Shown: positions 7,328-17,646, counted from the first letter of the stretch. The stretch is 32,000 bases of DNA from Methylorubrum extorquens (GCA_900234795.1 LT962688.1:3510001-3542000), one strand, 5' to 3'. Made by a program: numbers and translations. Notes: generated by a model from the sequence alone, not told the origin.

Positions 7328-8634
7328 TGGTTGCGGGCCACGAAGCGGGCGCGCATCGGCTTCAAGACGAAGAGCGCGAGGAAGCCGGCGATGAAGGCCA
7401 TGCCGGAGGCGAGATAGAACACGTTCTGCCAGGAGCCGGTCGCGGTCTGGATCGCCAGGAAGGCCGGCAGCATCAGCGAGGCCGTGCCCTTGGCGGTGTA
7501 GAGCAGGCCGGCATTGGCGGTGGCGTTCTTGTCGCCGTAGGTGTCGGCGCAGGTCGAGGGGAACAGCGAGTAGATCTCGCCCCAGGCGAAGAACACGAGA
7601 CCGGTGAGCAGCACGAAGGCCATCGGCGAGTGGGCGAACATGCCGAGCGCCAGGATGCCGGCACCCTCGATCATGAAGGCGGCGAACATGGTGTTCTCAC
7701 GGCCGATCCGGTCGGAGATCCAGCCGAAGACCGGCCGGGTCACGCCGTTGAGCACCCGGTCGATGGTGAGCGCGAAGGTCAGCGCCGGCAGGGTCAGGCC
7801 CATGAGCGAGACCGGGATCGAATCGACCTGGAAGTCCTTGGCGATGGGCGCGAGCGAGGCCGTCGCCATCAGGCCGCCGGCGGCCATCATCACGAACATC
7901 GCGTACATCAGCCAGAAGACCGGGGTGCGCACCATCTCGGCCGACGAGTACTGGCGGCGGCTGGTGGCGTTGGGGGAGACGCGGCCGGCCAGCATCCGCT
8001 CCTTGTAGGCGGCGCTCGGCGAGGAGAGCAGCAGGGCGGCGACCATCACGACGATGCCCTGGCCGAGTCCGAAGGCGAGGAAGGTCTGCTCGTAGCCGCT
8101 GTCGCGGATCATCGCGGCGATCGGGATGACGGTGAGGGCCGAGCCCGCACCGAAGCCCGCGGCGGTGAGGCCGGCGGCGAGGCCGCGGCGATCGGGGAAC
8201 CACTTGAGGGCGTTGCCGACGCAGGTGCCGTAGACGGCGCCCGCACCGATGCCGCTGATGGCGGCGGCCAGATACAGGAACCACAGCGAGTCGGCGACCG
8301 AGTTCATCGCCCAGCCAACGGCGCAGAGCACGCCGCCGAACAGCGTGACGACCTTCGGGCCGTACTTGTCGACGAACCAGCCCTCGATCGGCACGAGCCA
8401 GGTCTCGGTGAGGACGAAGATCGTGAAGGCGACCTGGATCGCCGGCTTGCCCCAGTGATACTTGTCGTTGATCGGATTGACGAAAAGCGTCCAGCCGTAC
8501 TGCAGGTTGGCAATCATCGACATGCACAGCACGCCGAGAATGAGCTGTCCCCAGCGCCCGCCCAGAGGCGAATCGGCGCGAGAAGCGGAATAAGCACTAG
8601 CGCCGGGTAATGGATCGGCGGCTTGAACGGCCAT
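7324..8634 (-). CDS. Oxalate/formate antiporter (OFA) family MFS transporter
   Basis: The ORF 7324..8847 was trimmed to the ATG at 8634 (MAVQAADPL...), with GAGGGA 8 nt upstream. The OFA-type N-terminal motif ANLQYGWTLFVNPI is present. About 12 hydrophobic helices are predicted. Confidence 0.85.
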   Translation of the reverse strand: MAVQAADPLPGASAYSASRADSPLGGRWGQLILGVLCMSMIANLQYGWTLFVNPINDKYHWGKPAIQVAFTIFVLTETWLVPIEGWFVDKYGPKVVTLFGGVLCAVGWAMNSVADSLWFLYLAAAISGIGAGAVYGTCVGNALKWFPDRRGLAAGLTAAGFGAGSALTVIPIAAMIRDSGYEQTFLAFGLGQGIVVMVAALLLSSPSAAYKERMLAGRVSPNATSRRQYSSAEMVRTPVFWLMYAMFVMMAAGGLMATASLAPIAKDFQVDSIPVSLMGLTLPALTFALTIDRVLNGVTRPVFGWISDRIGRENTMFAAFMIEGAGILALGMFAHSPMAFVLLTGLVFFAWGEIYSLFPSTCADTYGDKNATANAGLLYTAKGTASLMLPAFLAIQTATGSWQNVFYLASGMAFIAGFLALFVLKPMRARFVARNQ

Positions 8635-8749
8635 GGAGCGGTCCCTCGAACTCACGTCTTCTTGGCGGACCGGAACGGGTGCCCGGCTTAGCCATATTGG
8701 AATTTTGGATACCGCATACGTAACCGCTCGTGACCCAAGCGCTGACAGG

Positions 8750-8778
8750 AAAATATTTGGCCGCCGCGCAGATATTTT
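8750..8778. promoter_or_regulatory. AT-rich inverted repeat AAAATAT-N15-ATATTTT upstream of the transporter operon; a candidate operator
   Basis: The arms at 8750-8756 and 8772-8778 are perfect reverse complements. This is an unusual AT-rich island in roughly 70% GC DNA, 116-144 nt upstream of the ATG at 8634. Confidence 0.3.
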
Positions 8779-8858
8779 TTGAACGTCGGCGCAGCGTCGG
8801 CGGCCGTGAATGTCCGCTGCCAGCGCGTGTGCGGCGATGCACACCACATCATAGGAGT

Positions 8859-8884
8859 GGAACCAAGCGCTCGGGGCTCCCGTT
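8859..8884 (+). promoter_or_regulatory. EcfG-type (general stress response) promoter, GGAAC-N17-CGTT
   Basis: GGAAC lies at 8859-8863, followed by a 17-nt spacer and CGTT at 8881-8884. The element sits 55 nt upstream of the CsbD-family gene. It matches the published alphaproteobacterial sigma-EcfG/PhyR regulon consensus exactly. Confidence 0.6.
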
Positions 8885-8938
8885 CAGTTTGCCGAGAGCG
8901 TCGCGACGCGGCGCAAGAGCAATGAACGAGGAAACGCG

Positions 8939-9142
8939 ATGAGCAGCACGACCGACAAGATCAAGGGTGCCGCCAACGAGGTCGCCGGCAACGTCAAGCA
9001 GGGCGTCGGCAACGTGACCGGCAACGACAAGCTGCAGGCCGAGGGCAAGGCGCAGGAGCTCGAGGGCAAGACCCAGCGCACCGTTGGCGAGGCCAAAGAG
9101 GGCGTGAAGAACGCCGCCGATGCGGTGAAGAGCAAGCTCTAA
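8939..9142 (+). CDS. csbD: CsbD-family general stress protein (67 aa)
   Basis: MSSTTDKIKGAANEVAGNVKQGVGNVTGNDKLQAEGKAQELEGKTQRTVGEAKEG is the canonical CsbD repeat pattern. GAGGAA lies upstream of the ATG. Confidence 0.9.
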   Translation: MSSTTDKIKGAANEVAGNVKQGVGNVTGNDKLQAEGKAQELEGKTQRTVGEAKEGVKNAADAVKSKL

Positions 9143-9186
9143 GGCGCGAGGCCGGCGGGATTTTCCAATTAAAATCCGACGGCTGG

Positions 9187-9220
9187 AGCCGCACCCGACC
9201 GGGTGCGGCTTCTTCGTTTC
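9187..9220 (+). terminator. Rho-independent terminator after the CsbD gene
   Basis: AGCCGCACCC, loop GACC, GGGTGCGGCT, followed by TCTTCGTTTC. Confidence 0.8.
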
Positions 9221-9267
9221 GGGCCCCGTCGTTGGGGGCTCGGCAGACATTTGATCAAAGGGAATTC

Positions 9268-9654
9268 ATGATGAACAGGGACCAGATCGAGGGCGGCCTC
9301 CGCAACCTCAAGGGCCGCGGATACACCGTGTTCGGCGCCGTCGCAGGCCGCGCCCGCCCACAGGTCGAGGGTGCCTACGAACAGGTCGCGGGCGTGGCGC
9401 AGGCGGCCTATGGCCGGACCCGCGAGCGGGCCGAGGACATCTACGAGGACGGCTACCGTATCGCCGACCAGGCGGTCTCCCGCGGCCGGCATCTGCGTGA
9501 CGAGGCCGCGCAACGGGGCCGCCATCTCCACGACGAGGCGGACCGGCGCGGTCGTGCCCTCGCATTGCAGTCCGACGAGAACCGCGGCACAACCCTGGCC
9601 CTGGTCGCCGCGGCAGCCTTCGGCCTCGGCTGGCTCCTCAGCCGCCGTCGCTGA
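9268..9654 (+). CDS. Membrane-anchored stress protein with a CsbD-like N-terminus and an ElaB/DUF883-like C-terminal anchor
   Basis: The ORF 9232..9654 was trimmed to the ATG at 9268 (AAGGGA upstream). The N-terminus MMNRDQIEGGLRNLKGRG...VEGAYEQVAGVAQAAYG is CsbD-like. The C-terminus TLALVAAAAFGLGWLLSRRR is a single TM helix ending in a basic tail, as in ElaB/YqjD-type proteins. Confidence 0.7.
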   Translation: MMNRDQIEGGLRNLKGRGYTVFGAVAGRARPQVEGAYEQVAGVAQAAYGRTRERAEDIYEDGYRIADQAVSRGRHLRDEAAQRGRHLHDEADRRGRALALQSDENRGTTLALVAAAAFGLGWLLSRRR

Positions 9655-10579
9655 CGCCGACCCGTCTGACCGCTTCCTTGGCGTCGTACAGGACACGGTC
9701 GGCCCGCGCGAGCAGGGCATCGACCGTGTCCTCGTGGCCCTGTGCCGAAGCGAGGCCGAGGCTGGCGCCGATCCGCACCGTCTCGGCCTCGATGGCGATG
9801 GGTGCAGCGATGACCGCGCGAACGGCCTCGGGCGGCATGGTCACGCCGTCGGGCACGATCAGGACGAATTCGTCGCCTCCGGGCCGTGCCGCGAACAGGC
9901 CGTGCGAAGCCGCCAGTTCGGCCAGGCGGCGACCGATCTCCGTCAGGACGCGATCGCCCGCGGCGTGGCCGAGGCGATCGTTGACGGGCTTGAAGCCGTC
10001 GAGATCGAGGCAGAGCACGCCGGGGCGTTGTCCGGCGGCCAGTTGCCCCGCGAGATGCTCACGCAGATACATCCGGTTCGGCAGGCCCGTGAGGTCGTCG
10101 TGCCGGGCGAGGTGGCGGAGCCGCTCGTTCGCCGCCTCCCGCTGCGTCACATCCCGGTCGATGCCGCGATAACCGCGCAACGCGCCGTCGGGACCGAGCA
10201 ACGGCACGCCGCTCGTTTCCAGCACGACGAGGCTGCCGTCCTTGCGCAGGTTGCGGTTGAGAAGCTGGGTGAAGGGCCGTTGCTCGGCGGCGATGGCGCC
10301 GAAGATCCGGCCGACCCGCTCAGCCTCGTCCGGCGGCATGAAGTCGAAAGGGGTGCGACCCAGCACCTCCTCCGGCTCGCGACCGAGCAGGGCGACGCAT
10401 TGGCGCGAGGCGTAGGTGTAGCGCCCCTGCGCATCGACCTCCCAGATCCAGTCCGAGTTCTGCTCCAGCATTTCCCGCAGGCGGGCCAATTCCCGGCGCA
10501 TCGCCGCGGACGAGTCGTCATTCGCCGCGCCCGTATCGGAAGGCATCGCGCCAAGCCCGTTCTGAGGAAAGGTGTTCAT
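9638..10579 (-). CDS. PAS-domain diguanylate cyclase (GGDEF)
   Basis: The PAS-like region is DWIWEVDAQGRYTYASRQCVALLGREPEEVLGRTPFDFMPPDE. The GGDEF domain includes HDDLTGLPNR, DLDGFKPVNDRLGHAAGD and RPGGDEFVLI. No RxxD I-site is visible 5 residues upstream of GGDEF. Its 3' end overlaps the convergent gene by 17 nt. Confidence 0.9.
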   Translation of the reverse strand: MNTFPQNGLGAMPSDTGAANDDSSAAMRRELARLREMLEQNSDWIWEVDAQGRYTYASRQCVALLGREPEEVLGRTPFDFMPPDEAERVGRIFGAIAAEQRPFTQLLNRNLRKDGSLVVLETSGVPLLGPDGALRGYRGIDRDVTQREAANERLRHLARHDDLTGLPNRMYLREHLAGQLAAGQRPGVLCLDLDGFKPVNDRLGHAAGDRVLTEIGRRLAELAASHGLFAARPGGDEFVLIVPDGVTMPPEAVRAVIAAPIAIEAETVRIGASLGLASAQGHEDTVDALLARADRVLYDAKEAVRRVGVSDGG

Positions 10580-10727
10580 GGCAATTCGGCAATGGCAAGC
10601 GAGGCAATCCGGCAGCTCCTAAGCCAGCTTGACTAACGTGTGGTTGATGCGGTTTCCGCTTGATCGCGGCCGGAAGCCTATGAACGCGCCGGCGCGTCGC
10701 TCGAACCGCGACAAAGGAGATGACAGC

Positions 10728-11504
10728 ATGCCGGCGCGATCCTGGCTCGACCTGACGACGGCGGAGATCCGGGCCCGCGACATGAGCCGCACCATCGCGG
10801 TCCTGCCCGTTGCCGCGGTGGAGCAGCACGGGCCGCACCTGCCGCTCGGCACCGACACCCTGATCGCCGAAGGCTATCTCGCGCGGGTCGCACCGCAGGT
10901 GCCGGAGGCGCTCGACGTGCTGCTCCTGCCGGTCCAGACCGTCGGCAAGTCGGATGAGCACGATTCCTTCCCCGGCACGCTGACGCTGACCGCGCCGACC
11001 GCGCTTGCGGCCTGGACCGAGATCGGCGCGAGCCTGCACCGGGCGGGCTGCACGAAACTCGTGATCGTCTCCTCCCATGGCGGCAACAGCGCGCTCATCG
11101 ACCTCGTCGCGGGCGAGCTGCGCGGTCGATTCGGTATGGTCGCGGTGACGACCTCGTGGAGCCGGCTCGGCCTGCCCGAGGGGCTGTTTCCGGCCGGTGA
11201 AATCCGCCACGGCATCCATGCCGGCGGCATCGAGACCGCCTTGATGCTGGCGCTGCGGCCCGACCTCGTCCGGCAGGATCACATCGAGGATTTCGAACCC
11301 CGCACGGTGGCGATGGAGCGCGACTTCGCGCTGCTGCGCGCCGGCCGCCCAGCGGCCTTCGCCTGGAAGACGGAAGACCTCCACCCGTCTGGGGCTCTCG
11401 GCGACGCCCGCCTCGGCACGGCGGAAGCCGGCGAGGCCGCCCTCGCTTACGGCGCGCACGCCTTCGTGCGGCTGCTGGAAGAGGTGGATCGGTTTTCGCT
11501 GTAG
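10728..11504 (+). CDS. Creatininase-family amidohydrolase
   Basis: The ORF 10629..11504 was trimmed to the ATG at 10728, behind a strong AAGGAG site. Motifs are AVLPVAAVEQHGPHLPLGTD and VSSHGGN. Confidence 0.8.
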   Translation: MPARSWLDLTTAEIRARDMSRTIAVLPVAAVEQHGPHLPLGTDTLIAEGYLARVAPQVPEALDVLLLPVQTVGKSDEHDSFPGTLTLTAPTALAAWTEIGASLHRAGCTKLVIVSSHGGNSALIDLVAGELRGRFGMVAVTTSWSRLGLPEGLFPAGEIRHGIHAGGIETALMLALRPDLVRQDHIEDFEPRTVAMERDFALLRAGRPAAFAWKTEDLHPSGALGDARLGTAEAGEAALAYGAHAFVRLLEEVDRFSL

Positions 11505-11510
11505 CGGGCG

Positions 11511-12774
11511 TCAGGCCGCGGACGATCGGACCGTTCGGGCGAAGGCTTCGACCGCATCGCAGGCTTCCCCGACGCCATCCTCCTGCGCCATTCGCGCCTT
11601 GGCCGCCGCGCAGGCCTGGGCGACGTGCGGATCGGTCAGCAGCCGGCGCAACGTGGACGTCGCGCGGGCCGGCGTGAAGCGGCGGCGGCTCAAGGAGGTG
11701 CCGACACCGAGCCGTTGCAGCCAGCGCGCCTCGTCGAAGTGATCGAAGGCGACGGGCACCACCAGCTGCGGGATTCCGGCCGCGAGCGCCTGCGCGACGG
11801 TGCCGATCCCGCCATGGTGGATCAGGGCCGCGCAGCGGGGCAGCACGCGGCTGAACGGAGCGTAGGGGACGTGCAGCACGCTCGCAGGCAGGTCCGTCGG
11901 CACCTGCCCGCCCTGTGGCGCCAGGAGGAGGCCGCGCCGTCCGAGCCTTTCGCAGATCCGCAGCGCCGTGCGGAAGAAGCCCTGGCTCCCCGACATCGCC
12001 GATCCGTAGGTGAAGGCCAGCGGCGGCCCCTCGTCGAGAAAGCGCGCGACGGCGGGCTCCAGTTCGGCGACATCGCCGAAGCGATCCGCGAGCGGGAAGC
12101 CGACCTGCAGCGATTGGGGCATCCGGTGTGGCTGCGGCGCGGCGTACCATCGCGGAAAGGCGAACAGGACGCGCTGCGGGCTGCTCCACCAGCGGCGGAG
12201 CCGGAGCACCGGCGGCAGGTCCAGCCTCGCGCGAAATTCGTTCAGGGCCGGCAGGGCGGCGGGCCCGATCACGAAACGGTCGGCACCGCGCCCGATCCAG
12301 TGCCGGAAGCGCGCCGGCAGTCGCTCGGAGAGCGGGAGGCCCGGCAGGATCGGCGGATCGGTACGGCTCCGGGCCAGCAACGGCATGAGATGCACCGTGA
12401 CGACGTCCAGCCCGAGCTTTTCCTGGGCCACCCGCGCCCCGAGCGCCAGCGTCGAGGCGAGCACGATGCTCTCGCCGGGCCGTGCGTTCCCGGCCAGCCA
12501 ATCATAGACCGGCTCGGTCGCCGCCGAGACATGGCGGAACATCGCTCCGACGCCGCGCCAGGGTCGCCAGAGTTCGGTCTCGGTGGCGGCGAGACGGTAG
12601 TCGTCCTCCGTCCCGAGGGCGAAGAACGGCAGGTCCGCCCGGGCGGCCATGGCCGCGAACGGAGCGGGCGCCGCCAGCGTGACCGCATGCCCCCCGCCGT
12701 CGCAGCTCGGCCGCGATCGCAAGGAGTGGCAGGACATCGCCGTGGCTGCCGACGGCAACGATGAAAACCTGCAT
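11511..12774 (-). pseudogene. RhlB-like (MGT/GT1-family) glycosyltransferase interrupted by a +1 frameshift in a G6 run
   Basis: The N-terminus MQVFIVAVGSHGDVLPLLAIAAELRRRG (ORF 12502..12774) continues as HAVTLAAPAPFAAMAARADLPFF... in the frame of ORF 11511..12758. The junction is at the C6 run at 12690-12695 (G6 on the coding strand). Deleting one G restores ...ELRRRGHAVTL.... The C-terminal donor-binding motif is HHGGIGTVAQALAAGIPQLVVPVAFDHFDEA. Many blocks resemble my recollection of P. aeruginosa RhlB. Confidence 0.75.
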
Positions 12775-12810
12775 CGACCTCAGTGTTGGCTGGCGTCCGG
12801 CCGCGCCGGA

Positions 12811-14110
12811 TCAGAGCGGAAGGGCGGGCTCACGTTCGGGGCACGCAGCGGGGGCGAGCACCTGCTCGCGCAGCCGCCGCGGGCCCAAAGTCATCGCGAA
12901 GAAATCGTAGGCGCCGGGCCGCTCGTTCGCGAGCAGGAACTGAAAGTGCATCCGGAAGGGACGGAAGCGTACCCGCCGGTAGGTCTCCGGGCAGATCAGG
13001 TCGCGAAAGCGCGCCGAACGCACGAGCGGATTGGCGACCGGCTGCCCGTGCAGCTCGAGGCCGAGGTGCTGCAGCGGATTGAAGCCGGGGAAGTTCATCC
13101 AATCCTGGGGCGCGTGGAAGTCGCACCAGACGATGCGCCGCTCCGTGACGAGGCCCGCGATCTCCGCCCGCAGGCGCGTGGCGGCCGGCTGCATTGCCAC
13201 CAGCGGCAGCCCGGACCCGAGCGTCACGAGGGACAGGTTGGCGCCGGAGGTGCCGATCGTCCCGTCACGGGCGAGCACGCGGGCCGCGACCTCGACCGCC
13301 GTCAGCCCGCCGGAGGAATGGCCGACGATCATCACTTCGTCGGTCGCCTCCCCCGCCGCGGACCGCGCCGCGAGGGGAGGACAGGATATGCGCAGCAAAG
13401 GCATCGAGGCGGCGCTCGTAATCGGGCCGCAAGCCCTGGCCGTGCTGCCAGTTGAACACCCAGTCGTTCAGGAGCTGCCAGAAGAAGACGCGGTTCAGGA
13501 AGGCTTCGATCGCCTTGATCCAGACGATGCCCGCCACCACGGCCAGAGGCAACGAGACCCAGAGCGGCCATCGAAGGCTGTGACCGAACGCGTCGCCGAG
13601 ATGGGCATGGACCGTCACTCCGATGACGAGGGACAGGGCGGTGAGCAGGATCACCATCACGAAGGGGTAGAGGATGACGTTGCCGTACTTCCAGTTCAGC
13701 CGGTAGAAGCGGAACAGCAGGCCGATCAGGATCATGTGCAGGGTGCCGACGACGAGCAGCGCCACGCTGAGAAAGCGGGAGCGGGCGAAGTCGGCGGCGA
13801 CGATGTCGTCCCACAAAAGCACGTCGTAGCGGGTCTCGGCCCCGTCGCCCTGATCGGGCGCACTGACGGTCCAGCTTTGAACCAAGCCGTCCTCGCTCGT
13901 TTGTGCGCGGGAGATCTCCCGCCGGCCGCCGAACCGCTTGGTGTAGCGAGCCCATTCCCGCACGAAGAGCAGCCGGTAGCGAGTTTTCGCCTCGGGATCA
14001 TAGCCGGGAATATAGAAGACGTAGCGGTGGCTCACCGATTCCGGCCGGGCCTCCTGCATATCCGGCGGCGTGAAACTCAGCAATTTACGCATACGTCCGA
14101 ACGCCCCCAT
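12811..14110 (-). pseudogene. Membrane-embedded alpha/beta-hydrolase (GHSSGG nucleophile elbow) that is apparently frameshifted
   Basis: ORF 13265..14338 contributes YVFYIPGYDPEAK..., about 4 TM helices and ...YERRLDAFAAHILSS. ORF 12811..13404 contributes ...AGEATDEVMIVGHSSGGLTAVE.... The two overlap by 140 nt in frames offset by 1. Removing one base in either the C4 run (coding strand; G4 at 13374-13377 on the plus strand) or the G5 run (C5 at 13350-13354) joins them. The likely start is the ATG at 14110 or at 14092. It lies directly upstream of the glycosyltransferase on the same strand. Confidence 0.55.
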
Positions 14111-14360
14111 CCGGATGACGGTCCTCACGCCGTAGCCGAACGCGTCAGCCGCCTGCGGAAAGAGCCTCAAACCTTTTCGAAATGCACCATCATCCGTTAC
14201 AACTCTGACAGTTGCGAAAAGGGAGCAAAGGCCGCTCTCGAAATCGGCGTCACGGGAAGGTGAAGATTTTCGTCCTGTGCCGCATCCCGGACAGGCCAGC
14301 CGCCGACGAAGACAGTGCTCACGCGCGCTGCCCGACATGTCTGCAAAATCGTGGGGAGAA

Positions 14361-14436
14361 TGGTGCCGGTTGCGGGACTCGAACTCGCGACCTACCGCTT
14401 ACAAGGCGGTTGCTCTACCAACTGAGCTAAACCGGC
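14361..14436 (-). tRNA. tRNA-Thr (anticodon UGU) with encoded CCA
   Basis: The reverse complement is GCCGGTTTAGCTCAGTTGGTAGAGCAACCGCCTTGTAAGCGGTAGGTCGCGAGTTCGAGTCCCGCAACCGGCACCA. It has a 7-bp acceptor stem, a D-arm GCTC/GAGC and an anticodon stem ACCGC/GCGGT with loop CTTGTAA. The T-loop is TTCGAGT, and there is one A-C mismatch in the T-stem. Confidence 0.9.
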
Positions 14437-14903
14437 AGCGTACAACCCGCTATCAGCCTGCCCCGAACGGCGCAAGCGCATCCCCAGCCGCCCACTCCAC
14501 TTGTTCAATCCCCGATCTGTATATTGCGCACAACTGAGCTTGTCTGGGTGACGAGCTCAAGCATTGGGGTCAAGCCGGCCTAGGGCCATTCGCACGAGGA
14601 CCGATCGAAAGCCCGGTTCAGGTGTGAACGCGGGCGAAGCGGCGGTGCCTCCGTCGGAGGCGAGGCGGCCTGCAGAAGGTCGTTCTCAGGCTGCTTTCGG
14701 GTGTCCCTGAGCCCTCGACCTGGACGCGGCCGCGCACCGCGCGTGCCTCAGGATCACAGCGAACGCGCCGCCGGGGCGCGCATGAGCGCAAGCCGAACCG
14801 ATGATCCGCTGATTATCCCGATGACAATCCGCTCAGCCAGACGGATACGCGTCGGCACGGGAGCATGTCCGCCCGATCGGGACGCGGAGCCCGCGAGGCT
14901 GTC

Positions 14904-15221
14904 ATGACGCAAAGCCCCTTCACCCTCGAGGCGAACGGCCTCGTCCTGGCGGTGCGGCTGACACCGCGAGCCAGCCGAACCGGCCTCGACGGCGTCCGCA
15001 CGGAGGCGAGCGGGCGGCCGGTCCTGTCTCTGCGGGTGACGGCTCCACCGGTCGAGGGTGCCGCCAACGCGGCGCTGACCGCCTTCGTCGCCAAGAGCCT
15101 GGGGCTGCGGAAGGCGGAGGTCACGCTGGTCTCCGGCGAGACCTCCCGCACCAAGCGCCTGCATCTCTCCGGCGATCCGCAGACGCTCGCGGCGCGGGTG
15201 GAAGCTTGGCTGGGCGGGTAA
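14904..15221 (+). CDS. DUF167 (YggU-like) family protein
   Basis: The ORF 14865..15221 was trimmed to the ATG at 14904 (GAGG upstream). LAVRLTPRASRTGLDG...LRVTAPPVEGAANAALTAFVAKSLGLRKAEVTLVSGETSRTKRL matches the YggU family pattern. Confidence 0.8.
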   Translation: MTQSPFTLEANGLVLAVRLTPRASRTGLDGVRTEASGRPVLSLRVTAPPVEGAANAALTAFVAKSLGLRKAEVTLVSGETSRTKRLHLSGDPQTLAARVEAWLGG

Positions 15222-15245
15222 ACGCAGCGCGGCGCGGCGGGCGCC

Positions 15246-17371
<2,126 letters not shown>

Positions 17372-17646
17372 TTACCATGCGGACCGGCCCGCGTCATCCG
17401 GAAGGCCGGCGACGGCCTCATGGTGCCGCCGGAACCCTCGCCGCAGTCCGCTCGGCCGGTTCGCGGATAGTGTGTTATCTTGCCAGATCGCTTCAGCTTA
17501 TAGTGATAAACCTCCGGCCGCGAACAAAGGTGCCAAGGTCGATGCGGCGCCGCGCAACACTCGACTGACCTTCGTTAATCCAATCCCGTGAAAAGAGGGG
17601 CCGGGCAGGCCTAGGGCCGCATCGAACGCTCGACAAGGCCATACAT

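Noticed and set aside
4056-7417. Very long plus-strand ORFs (4056..5612, 518 aa; 5519..7417, 632 aa) opposite the ligase, reductase and FAH genes
   Set aside because: Their translations are Arg/Gly/Ala/Asp-rich and low in complexity, with no motifs. They are antisense shadows of well-supported minus-strand genes, the expected stop-codon depletion in roughly 70% GC DNA.
8849-9250. ORF 8849..9250 (-, 133 aa) and ORF 9169..9720 (-, 183 aa), antisense to the CsbD-type genes
   Set aside because: The plus-strand genes have unmistakable CsbD repeats, ribosome-binding sites, a matching promoter and a terminator. The antisense ORFs have no features.
9371-12764. Other long alternative-frame ORFs (9371..10636 +, 10518..11459 -, 11095..12501 -, 11625..12764 +, 16061..17305 +)
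   Set aside because: Each overlaps a gene with strong family motifs (GGDEF, creatininase, glycosyltransferase, aroA) and translates to Arg/Pro/Ala-rich low-complexity sequence.
11505-14436. Genomic island integrated at tRNA-Thr
   Set aside because: There is no integrase, recombinase or transposase gene. I could find no direct repeat of the tRNA 3' end elsewhere in the window, and no marked GC shift. Only the presence of two decayed accessory genes next to the tRNA is suggestive.
14590-14650. Resemblance to guanidine riboswitches: CTAGGG...GGACCGA...GAAAGCCCGG (ykkC-like) and ACGAGG...CCCGGTTCAGG...GAACGCGG (guanidine-III-like)
   Set aside because: The segment that should form the second pseudoknot helix (after ACGAGG) has no complementary 3' partner. 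The ykkC conserved blocks are only partly present and too closely spaced. No guanidine-related gene (sugE/emrE-type exporter or carboxylase) lies downstream. I treat it as a chance similarity unless an Infernal scan says otherwise.
14437-14903. Possible 6S RNA, SRP RNA, tmRNA or RNase P RNA in the long intergenic region
   Set aside because: I could not find the diagnostic conserved elements, such as the SRP GGAAGGAAGCAGC-type domain IV, 6S closing-stem complementarity between the ends, or the RNase P GGAAAGUCCGGGC. The genomic context (yggU, tRNA-Thr) is also not typical for these RNAs.
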